From Chiloscyllium plagiosum (taxonomy: Eukaryota), in contig NC_057718.1 in assembly GCF_004010195.1 (NCBI RefSeq), forward strand, positions 98,625,646 to 98,689,645: a stretch of DNA of 64,000 bases, read 5' to 3'. Position 1 is the stretch's first letter, and every line of letters begins with the position of its first letter. Both the position numbers and the translations under genes were made by a program. Positions 53,340 through 64,000 of this stretch are shown here, in pieces. Below the pieces are notes generated by a model that did no database searches, was not told where the DNA came from, and saw nothing but the letters and a program-made list of their open reading frames with translations.

Positions 53340-56300
53340 CCTCTTATCCTACTCTAAGATCAAACTAACCTACATACCCTAAATTTTACTATCTTCCATG
53401 TGCCTATCCAAGAGTTGCTTAAATGTCCCTAATGTATCTGACTCTACTAACACTGCTAGCAGTGCATTCCACACATTCACCACTCTCTGTGTAAAGAACC
53501 TATCTCTGACATGTGCCCTAGACCTTCTTCCAATCACCTTAAACTTATACCTCCTCGTGATAGCCATTTCTACCCTGGGAAAAACTCTCTGACTATCCAC
53601 TCTGTCTTTGCCTTTCAATATCTTGTACACCTCTATCAAGTCACCTCTCAACCTTCTTCGCTCCAATGAGAAAAGGCCTAGCTCCCTCAACCTTTCGTCA
53701 TAAGACATGCCCTCTAGTCCAGGCAGCATCCTGGTAAATTTCCTCTGCACTCTCTCAAAAGCTTCCACATCCTTCCTATGATGAGTGACCAGAACTGAAC
53801 ACAATATTCCAAGTGTGGTCTAACCAGAGCTCTATAGAATTGCAGCATAACCTCGTGGCTTTTCAACTCAAATCCCAAGGCTAATGAAAGCCAACACACC
53901 ATATGCCTTCTTAACAATCTTATCAACTTGGGTGGCAACTTTGATGGATTTATGGACATGGACCCCAAGATCCCTCTATTTCTCACAGTGCCAAGAATCC
54001 TGCTTTTAACCTTGTAATCTGCGTTCAAATTCAACCTTCCAAAATGAATCACTTCATACTTTTCCAGGTTGAACTCCATCTGCCACTTCTCAGCCCAGCT
54101 CTGTATCCTGTCGATGTCCCGTTGCAACTTACAACAGCCTCCACACCATCCAAAACTTCGCCACCTTCGTATCATCAGCAAACTTATTTCTAATCAAGCT
54201 ATGCTTGTCCAAACTATCATAAAGCCTATCTCTCAGAATCCTTTCCAATAATTTGCCCACCACTGATGTAAGTCTGACTGGTCTGAAATTCCCATGGTTA
54301 TCCCTATTCCCTTTCTTGAAAAGAGAATGATATTTGCCACTCTCCAATCATCTGGTACTACTCCAGTGGACAGTGAGGACGCAAAGATCATCACTAAAGG
54401 CACAGAACTCTCTTCCATCACTTCCCACAGTAACTGTGAGTATATCGCGTCTGGTCCAGGGGACTTATCTATTCTCATGTTTTTCAAACTTTCCAGCACA
54501 TGCTCCTTCTTAACATCAACCTGTTCCAGTGTTTCACACCGTCCTCAGAAATGACAAGGTCCCTCTCACTATTGAATACTAAAGCAAAGTATTCATTAAG
54601 CACTTCTCCTACCTCCTCCGACTCCAAGCAAACGTTCCCTCCACTATCCCTGATAAGCCCCACCCTCACTCTGGCCAGCTTCTTGTTCCTCACATAGGTG
54701 TAGGAAGCCTTAGGGTTTTCCTTAATCCTAGTGGTCATGCCCCCTTCTAGCTCTCTTAAGTCCATTCTTTAGTTCCTTCCTGGCTACCTTGTAACCTTCG
54801 AGAGCCCAGTCTGATCTTTGCTTCCTCACCTTAAGTATGTTTCCTTCTTCCTCTTGACTTGAATTTCCACATCTCTTGTCATCCAAGGTTCCTTCACCCT
54901 ACCATCCTTTCCTTGCCTCAGTGGGACAAATCTATTCAGCACTTGCAGCAAGTGCTCCCTAAATAACCTCCACATTTCTGTCATACATTTCCCTGAGAAT
55001 ATCTGCTCTCTATTTATGCTCCACAGTTCCTGCCTAACAGTACTGTTATTCCCCCTCCCAAAATTAAAACCTGTGCCCACACCCCCTCCCTCACCTCCAT
55101 CCAAGGCCCCAAAGGAGCCTTCCACATCCATCAAAGTTTCACCTGCACTTCCAAACATGTCATTTATTGTATCTGTTGCTCCCGATGTGGTCTCCAATTA
55201 TTTGGGGAGACCGGACGCCTTCTCACAGAATGCTTCAGAGAACATCTCTGGGACACCAGCACCAATCAACCCCACTGCCCCATGGCCAAACATTTCAATA
55301 CCACCTCCCACTCTGCCGAGGACATGCAGGTCCTGGGCCTCCTCCACTGCCACTCCCTCACCACCTGATGCCTTGACCAAGAACGCCACATCTTCTGCCT
55401 CAGGACCCTTCAATATGACATCAATGTGGACTTCACTAGTTTCCTCATTTCCCCTCTCCCTCACCTTACCCCAGTTCCAACCTTCCAGCTCAGCACCATC
55501 CTCATGACCTGTCCCACCTGTCAATCTTCCTTCCCACCTATCTGCTCTACCCTCCTCTCTGACTTATCACCTTTATCCTCACCTCCATCCACCTATTGCA
55601 CTCTCAGCTACCTTCTCCCCAGCCCCACCCCCTCCCATTTATCTCTCCAACCCCGAGGCTCCTGATGAAGGGTTTTTGCCCAAAACAAAAATTTTCCTGC
55701 TCCTCAGATGCTTCCTGACCTCTGTGCTTTTCCAGCACCACTTTAATCTTGACTCTAATCTCCAGCACCTGCTGTATCCACCTCTGCCTAGCTTCCCATT
55801 CCATCTGCTCCTATCCCTCTCAATGACTATAGTAAAGGTCAGGGAGTTGTGATCACTATCACTGAAATGCTCTCCCACTGAGAGATCTGACACTTTGCCT
55901 GGTACATTGCCAAGCACCAAATCCAATATGGCCTTCCCTCTCGTCATTCGATCTGCATATTGAGGAGGGCAAAGAGTGTGGTGCTGGTAAGGCACAGCAG
56001 GTCAGGCAGCATCCGAGAAACAGGAGAATCGACATTTCTGGCATAAGCCCTTCATCAGGAATGAGGCTTGTGGGCTGGCAGATGCTGGAGATCAGAGTTG
56101 AGAGTGTGGTGCTGGAAAGGCACAGCAGGTCTATATCTACATATTGTGTCAGGAATCCTTCCTGGACACACCTTACAAACTCTGCTCCATCCAAACTATT
56201 TGCACTATGGAGTGTCCAATCATTATCAGGGAAATTAAAGTCACCCATGGCAACAACCCTGCTCCTTTTGCACCTTTCCAAAATCTGTCTCCCAATCTGC

Positions 56301-56960
56301 TCCTCCGAGTCTCTGTTGCTATTGGGGGGTCCATAGAAACTCCCAAAAAGGGACTGCTCCTTTCCTGTTTCTGACTTCCACCTGTACTGACTCAGTAGAT
56401 AAACCTTCCTCGATGCCCTCTCCTTTCTGCAGCTGTGATATAATCCATGATTAGCAATGCCACTCCCCTACCTCTTTTACCTCCCTCCCTATCCCTTTTG
56501 AAACATCTAAACCCCAAAACATCCAACAACCATTTTGTGATCTCCAAGTCTCCATAATGGCCATGACATTGTAACTCCAAGTACTGACTCCTTGCTCTAA
56601 GTTCCATCACCCTTATTCCTGACACTTATTGCATTAAAATAGACACACTTCAACCCATCACACTGACTGCATCTTTGCCCTATCAATTATCTATCCTTCT
56701 TCACAGACTCTCCGCACACTGTTCACCAGCTACCCCATTCTCTGATCCACAGCTCTGGTTCCCAGCCCCCTGCCAAACTAGTTTAAACCCTCCTGAAGAG
56801 CTTTAGCAAACCTCCCGCTCACGATATTGGTATCCCTTCAGTTCAGGTGCAACCTGTTCTCCTTGTACAGACCACACTTTCCCAGAAGGTATCCCAATGA
56901 TCCACATGTCTGAAGTCCTCCCTCCTACACCAGCTCTGCAGCCATGTGTTCAGCTGCCCT
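53340..56960 (-). mobile_element. Long CR1 LINE with Penelope insertions (55064-55790 and 55965-56130)
   Basis: Endonuclease GDFNFP / LDLVL / SDHN, DKSPGPD, FRPVRLTS, FFTQRVVNVWN motifs. Confidence 0.88.
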
Positions 56961-58203
56961 CGGTCTCTGTTCCTAGCCTCACTTCAGGGAAAAAAATTGC
57001 CATCCTTACCTTGTTTGGCCTACATATGATTCTAGACCCACAGAAACATGGTTGACTATTAAATGCCCTCCAGGCAATTATAGATGAGCAATAAATGCTG
57101 GCATAGCTAGTGACATCCACATCCTGCAAATTCATAAAAAAAACTCTGTCCTTACAGAATAATAAATGTTATTCCCTCTTAGAGTCATACAGTCATACAA
57201 CATGGAAACAGACCCTTCTGTCCAACGAGTCCATGCTGAACATAATCCCAAACTGAACTAGTCCCTGTAGTACAAAACAACTTTAAGTTTTGTTCTGTAG
57301 TACAAAACAACTTTAAGTATAAACATAAGATGACTGAAGCTTAGAAAATAAAGTAAAACTACTTAACTCTCATTGCAAAAAACGGAACATGAAATACATC
57401 CCAGTTTGATTCCACTTTAAGCACTTCATGGTCCAGAGACAGTTTGAGCTCAAATCTGAGAACCTTTTGTGATGCAGGCTGTGATTTACATATACTTTAA
57501 TGTCATTTATTTTGGAGTTTGAACAAATGGCATGTGGGTTAGTCTGTGAGTATGAAAGGGTTTCATAATTAATTTATAAGTATTTCTGTAGTTATGGTTA
57601 TTTTTGTTAAAATCACAGTATAAGAGACTTGCTTGAAAGTAAAAGGGGATTTTGTTTTCATTGGGGGAGTTTTACAGGCAAACAAAGTAACCTGTTGGAT
57701 GCTTCCAGAATTTTTTTTTGACTCAGGAAAATATTCATAGCTTAGAAAGTTTTTTAGTTTCAGGTTTGCAGAAGTTTTGGCTAAGACTCAATGTGTAAGA
57801 TAGTAGCTCATGAAGGTACAAGATAATTTAGAACACTTAAGACAGTGTAAGGGGTTTAGTTTGAAAGTTCCGGACCTGAAGTGATTGGTTAAAACCCTGA
57901 AGACGGTGTCTGAAGCTGTGAAATTCTGAGCTCATTTGCATGAAGACTCAAAGAAGAGGCTATTGGCTTCAAAGGCTGTAAATTGAAGTACTATTAAACT
58001 AATCTGTACAGATGTGAATGAAAAGGGAATGTGAGTACTATAAAGGCGTTCTGTTGGGATTATGGGGACTGTATTTTACTATATGTTTTGACATTTTAAA
58101 AACTTGTATGTCATTCTATTTTATCTTCATTTGTTTTAGGTAATAATTTTCAGTTTTATTGCAACCAATGAATTTGCAGCATTGTGTGTCAGTAAAGACC
58201 ACT

Positions 58204-58465
58204 TTAGATTAGATTACTTAGAGTGTGGAAACATGCCCTTCAGCCTAACAAGTCCACACTGACCCTCCAAAGAGCAACCCACCCAGACCCATTCCCCTGC
58301 TTTTACCCCTTCACCTAACCTGCACATTTTTTTTTGGACTGTGAGAGGAAACCCACACAGACACAGGGAGAACGTGAAAACACCACACAGACAGTTGCCT
58401 GAGGTGGGAATTGAACCCGGGTCTCTGGCACTATGAGGCAGTAGTGCTAACCACTGCACCACATG
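58204..58465 (-). mobile_element. HE1-like SINE
   Basis: Similar to 1-305. Confidence 0.85.
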
Positions 58466-58639
58466 TTAAGGGGGAATAAAGTAAACATGACCTATCAAGC
58501 CAAATTTCAGACTGGGATCAGACTTATCTAATGATAACATCAGCTGGGATCATAACGCATTTTATATTTTCACCTCTCATCTGACAGAAACATTATCTGT
58601 CCAGTGTTATGCACCACAACCTCCACACATTCAAAATGG

Positions 58640-58918
58640 TTAGATTGGATTCCTTATTGTGTGGAAACAGGCCCTTTGGCCCAACAAGTCCACACCGACC
58701 ATCTAAAGAGCAACCCATCCTGACTAATGCACCTAACATTACAGGCAATTTAGTATGGTCAATTCACCTAACCAGTACACCTTTGGACTGTGAGAGGAAA
58801 CCAGAGCAAATACACGCAAACACAGGGAGGATGTGCAAATGCCACAAGGTGGGGAATTGAACCTGGGTCCCAGGTGCTGTGACGCAGCAGTGCTAATCAC
58901 TGAGCCACTGTGCCACCC
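58640..58918 (-). mobile_element. HE1-like SINE
   Basis: Similar to 1-305. Confidence 0.82.
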
Positions 58919-59854
58919 CTTGTTCTTTGTGTATCGTAGAGTTCAATGGGGTCCATTTGTGCTAAATGTAGTATCACACCAGGACTCTTACCTCATCTAG
59001 ATAGCCTACAGACTCATAATACCCTCATATTGTGACTTCAGAGTTTGCAATGCTGGTGAGGAAGTGAGTACACTGGAAAACTGTCAACGCAGTTACATCA
59101 TTCTCCATCCATTAAGCAAGTTTTATGCTGATGGCCTGAAGGTAGCAAATGAGGAACTAAGAGGCCAAAATTCCACAGATGATTCTTCCAGTGATCCGCT
59201 GTAATATTGACAGGAAAGCCAGAAAATAAACCACTATACACAGAAAAAATAAAACTTTGCTAACACTTTTGCAGATTTGGATATAGGGTTGGAAATTTCG
59301 ATGGAATTCCTATTCTCCATAGAGAGGTGATGCTGTGTAGGAAGAGAGTCTTATCCTAGGGTAGACATATTGACACTTGGAAGCTAGAAGGGAGGCTCTT
59401 TCTGATTCTGGAAGTTGGGCAGAACTGGTTTATGATAAGGAAACTTGGGTTAAGAGAAGTGCTTACCTCTTCCAAGCAACAGCATCTACATTTCCCGGAG
59501 AAATGACCTGCTTCAAAGCTAACACGGGAGCACAGGCAAGATTGAGATATGCAGCCTTTAATAATATTAAAATTATCAAGCGCCATCAAGGGAGGCAATA
59601 GCCTAGTGGTATTGTCACTGGACTCTTAATCCAGAGATCCCTGATAATGATCTGGGAACCTTGGCTCAAATCCTGCTACAGCAGATGGTGGAATTTGGAT
59701 TCAATTCACAATCTGGAATTAAGAGTCTGTTAACAGGGAAAAAAAACCTATCTGGTTCACTTATGGCCTTCAGGGAAAATCTGCCATCATTACGTGGTCT
59801 GGCCAGCTTGTGACCCCAGACCAACAGCAATGTGATTGACTCTTAATTACCCTT

Positions 59855-60197
59855 GGCTTGGAGAGGGTGGATGCTAGGAACTTGTTTCCGTTAGGCGAGG
59901 AGATTAGGACCCGTGGACACAGCCTTAGAATTAGAGAGGGTAAATTCAGAACAGAAATGCGGAGACATTTCTTCAGCCAGAGAGTGGTGGGCCTGTGGAA
60001 TTCATTGCCACAGAGTGCAGTGGAGGCTGGGACGCTAAATGTCTTCAAGAATTGATAAATTCTTGATGTCACAAGGAATTAAGGGCTACGGGGAGAATGC
60101 GGGTAAGTGGAGTTGAAATGCCCATCAGCCATGATCGAATGGCGGAGTGGACTGGATGGGCCGAATGGCCTTACTTCCGCTCCTATGTCTTATGGTC
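59855..60197 (+). mobile_element. CR1 3' end (young subfamily)
   Basis: RTRGHSLRIREGKFRTEMRRHFFSQRVVGLWNSLP. Confidence 0.88.
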
Positions 60198-60479
60198 TAT
60201 CCTCTTGCCAATTATGAATGGGCAATAAATGTGGGCCTGGCCAGTGATGCCCATATCTTGTGAATGAATACTAAAAAAAATGTGAATCCTTAGAGCAGGC
60301 TGACTTCCTGCCTCCTTTGTCCCAGGTTTGTTAAAATTGGAAATGAGTGAGGTGGAGTCAAATTTGAGCTTTATTTTATATTTTCACATCTCATCTGATA
60401 TGGAAATTACTTTGGGGGTTCCAATTCACCCAGCGGTATGGGCCAGAATTTGCACATTGGAATCTTACCCTTTGCCTCC

Positions 60480-61307
60480 AAATTGTTCGACAAGGTTCCC
60501 CATGGGAGACTGATTAGCAAGGTTAAGTCTCATGGAATACAGGGAGAACTAGTCAATTGGTTACAGAACTGGCTCAAAGGTAGAAGACAGAGGGTGGTGG
60601 TTCAGGGTTGTTTTTCAGACTGGAGGCCTGTGACCAGTGGAGTGCCACAAGGATCAGTGCTGGGTCCTCTACCTTTTGTCATTTACATAAATGATCCTAA
60701 CTAAAAATGGATAGGGTATGAGCTTAGTTTACATGAAGCATTAGACACGAGCATAAGATGTGCAGTTAGTAAGTTTGCAGATGACACCAAAATTGGAGGT
60801 GTAGTGGACAGCAGAGAGGGTTACCTCAGATTACAGCAGGATCTGGACCAGATGGGCCAATGGACTGAGAAGTGGCAGATGGAGTTTAATTCAGGTATTG
60901 AGTACAGGAGTTGGGAGGTCATGTTGCGGCTGTACAGGAAATTGGTTAGGCAACTGTTGGAATATTGCTTGCAATTCTGGTCTCCTTCCTGTTGGAAAGA
61001 TGTTGTGAAACTTGAAAGGGTTCAGAAAAGATTTACAAGGATGTTGCCAGGGTTGGAGGATTTGAGCTACAGGGAGAGGCTGAACAGGCTGGGACTGTTT
61101 TCCCTGGAGCGTCGGAGGCTGAGTGGTGGAGGCTGGTACAATTGCAACATTTAAGAGGCATTTGGATGGGTATATGAATAGGAAGGGTTTGGAGGGATAT
61201 GGGTCGGGTGCTGGCAGGTGGGACTAGATTGGATTGGGGTATCTAGTCGGCATGGACGGGTTGGACCTAAGGGTCTGTTTTCATGCTGTACATCTCTATG
61301 ACTCTAT
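60480..61307 (+). mobile_element. CR1 LINE, internally deleted
   Basis: FDKVPHGRL...[10 protein letters not shown]...KFADDTK...LERVQKRFTRMLPG. Confidence 0.9.
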
Positions 61308-62011
61308 GGCTCTACTTTTAAGATCTTGCTAGTTTGGTACATTTGTTAATCAGTAATCTTGTTGTGGAAAGTCATGTTTATTAAGTAGCTTCTTTACGAC
61401 ATGATAATTGTCAATGAAATGCTAATCAGTCCTGAAATATTAATAGGAAGTGCTACACGAAGTCAGCATGTGCTCATATTCTCAGTGTGTTTCCTAGTTC
61501 TAGTCTCCCCTACAAAGGGGAGCATCTTTGTGATATCCACACCGTCCACTCCCCTCAGAATCTAACATGTTTCAATAAGACCACCTCTCATTCTTCCAAA
61601 TACCAATGGATATAGGTCCAATCTGTCCAAAATTTCTTTGCAAGATAAGCCATTCATCTGCCACCCATTTGTCTGTACTCAACTGCATTTTGTGCTTACA
61701 TGTCTGGAGTCAGACTTGAACCCCGAGTTTCCTGACTCAGAGAGGGAACAGCTACTATGGCACCAGCAGCAATAGAAAAAAATGATCCTAACTAAAAATG
61801 GATAGGGTATGAGCTTAGTTTACATGAAGTCCTCTATATGCATGAGGAACCAAATAATTTGTGCATCCCATAAACTTCTGTTAGGCAGCTTGCTATCTAA
61901 AGTTGTTACTGTAGAAATGGCAACACACCAATTTAATATAATAGGGCAGATGACCATATGGCTTATTCCAGACCTTCAATAAGTATAGATAAGGCTGCTG
62001 TGGTGTTTTTG

Positions 62012-62013
<2 letters not shown>

Positions 62014-62042
<29 letters not shown>
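62014..62042. repeat. (CT)n microsatellite
   Basis: Directly visible. Confidence 0.95.
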
Positions 62043-62046
<4 letters not shown>

Positions 62047-62649
62047 GATATAGTTATACAGTAGACATTAGAACTAAAGTGTTATCAATATGTTTTAGAA
62101 GGGAACACTTCAAAGCTGTACCTCAGAACCAGAAAGCCATGCAGAGTGATGCCAACAGTGTGGGTTCAATTCCTACACCAGATGAGGTTACCATGAAGAT
62201 CCTGCCTTCTCAACACCTCCTTTATTGGTGGAAGGTGGAATTAGTGTAGACTTAGTGTAGCTTATACAGTGTGAACTTGATGGGCTGAGAGGTCTCTTCT
62301 GCAATCTATGATTCTATGATTCCCCTTGCTTTGAGGTGCGGGGTGACCCTGAGATTAAATTCACCTCCAGTCCTTTGTCTCGCTCTCTCCCTAGTGAGAG
62401 AGTGGGACTATGGCGACTTGGTTTTTTGTTCAGCCATGTACAGTACTTATACACTGAAGACCCACTAAGTTCAGGTTTGCTATCAGACAAGTATGATAGC
62501 CATGATAAGGAGGTTCCAGTGCTGGACTGGGCTGGACAAAGTCAGAAGTCACACAACACCAGGTTATAGTCCAACAGGTTTATTTAAAATCACAAGCTCT
62601 CGGAGCGCTGCTCCTTTGTCACCTGATATATAGCACTTAATTTTAAATA

Positions 62650-63130
62650 CTGCAAGATATACAGGTACAGTTATGTGTGTGTAATATATATGTATATATA
62701 CATTGCATGTAATTATATGCAATGCAAGATGTACACACAGGGATGTTTATGTCTATATAAACATATATAGGTGATATATATATATACACATAGAGCACCT
62801 ATTTATACTATAATGCACACACAGATATTTATATAAAGATATGTGTGTGATTTCTATGCTGCAAGAGATATACACACATATGTATATATATATAAACATC
62901 TTGCATCTAATTATATATACTGCAAGGTATATACACGGGTATGGATATATATAAACATACATATGTGTAATACGTATAGCATCTAATTATATATGCTGCA
63001 CCATATACACAGAGATATATGTATATATAAATTATGTGATCTGTATATTGCCCCTAATTATGTATACTGCAAGATATACACAGACAGATATGTATATATA
63101 AACATATATATGTGTGAGATATATACATAG
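62650..63130. repeat. AT-rich low-complexity tandem repeat
   Basis: Recurring tgcaagatatacac and (TA)n units. Confidence 0.85.
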
Positions 63131-63230
63131 AGAGAGAACCTAATTGGACCAAAACCTGCTGGTTTTCATTTTATAAATGCATGCTTTGTGTTTTAACAGA
63201 GGCATAAGGGCATTAGCAGCCACACTTTAC

Positions 63231-63579
63231 CTTTGCCCTTCTTGTCTACGATGGACATGTCCGTGTTGGCGTCAGCCAGTACCTCCAGGACATTGTCGTG
63301 GCCGGCTTCAGCGGCGATCATCGCGGCGGTGCGGCCATCCTTATCCACCACGTTCGGCTCAGCCCCCAGAGAGAGCAGCAGCCTACAGATCTCCACATCG
63401 TTGGCCAGCGCGGCCAAGTGCAGGGCATATTCCCCCTGGCTGGGCTCACTCAGATTCACCAAGTGCGGCACCCCCACGGTCAGCAGCTTCTCGATCTCGG
63501 CTTTGTTCCGCTGCCGGACGTACTGGATGAGTTTGTAAACCTGCAGGATCTGGAGGCGTCCTTCTGCAATGTTTGTCAT
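63231..63579 (-). CDS. ANKEF1: ANKEF1-like, first coding exon (ankyrin repeats)
   Basis: MTNIAEGRLQILQVYKLIQYV...ALHLAALANDVEICRLLLSLGAEPNVVDKDGRTAAMIAAEAGH...DKKGK; acceptor gtccag before 63607; donor AAG|gtaaag at 63230; phase 1. Confidence 0.92.
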
Positions 63580-64000
63580 CTCGCCATTGCAACGTCAAAC
63601 TTCCCTCCTGGACACAAACTTAAAATGAAACAATGAAACATTGAGAGGTTACAATGAAACTGTATCCCTTTCCACTACCAAAAGAAAAGTCTTTGCATGT
63701 TGCTTTTGACTTTAAACAACTTGCTACATACTTTCCTAATGCTTTCGCCTCCGCTCAGGGAGAATTTGCCCTCATCCCGAGTCTCTCAACTGTCTTCAGA
63801 ACACAACATACCCGGTCGGCAGAGAAACTCTTCAGTGAGAGAGACGGTGGTGGAAACTGGAGATTGAAACGCTTACTGGTGTCCCGCAGTTGCCAGAGAC
63901 ACAGGAGGATGTGGGGGTTGGGATGCCGGAATCCTGAAAGGGGCACTCGTTGGGGAATGTGCCCCGGAGCTGCAGCACCGAGCTGGAGGCAGCACTCAGG

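Noticed and set aside
57480..58557. Possible further solo LTR (tgtga...cataac)
   Set aside because: No clear TSD or second copy in the window, so it cannot be supported
63877..64000. Possible non-coding first exon of ANKEF1 (GC-rich, donor-like gtaagc at 63876)
   Set aside because: Plausible, but cut off by the window edge and unsupported without transcript data

Overview
Eukaryotic genomic DNA, most likely from a shark (inferred from the repeat families: HE1-like tRNA SINEs, abundant CR1 LINEs, Penelope-like elements, Rex1). The right 37 kb hold an ANKEF1-like gene (ankyrin repeat and EF-hand) on the minus strand. Seven coding exons are visible from ATG 63579 to stop 27122, and a phase mismatch implies further exon(s) inside the 500-N gap at 41502-42001. 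Downstream of the gene lies a defective endogenous retrovirus (13546-19002, minus strand) with a 4-bp TSD, a polypurine tract, a full 3' LTR, a truncated 5' LTR, a probable Gag N-terminus and a DD(35)E integrase C-terminal half. Its decayed ~700-codon Env has an early furin site and a long TM subunit, which resembles foamy/lokiretrovirus F-like fusion proteins rather than orthoretroviral Env. Most of gag-pol is replaced by ~1.1 kb of old host DNA. Many short Penelope-derived repeats carry hammerhead-ribozyme core motifs, and several local templated duplications are present. Family names come from manual motif recognition, not database searches, and repeat boundaries are approximate unless a TSD is cited.
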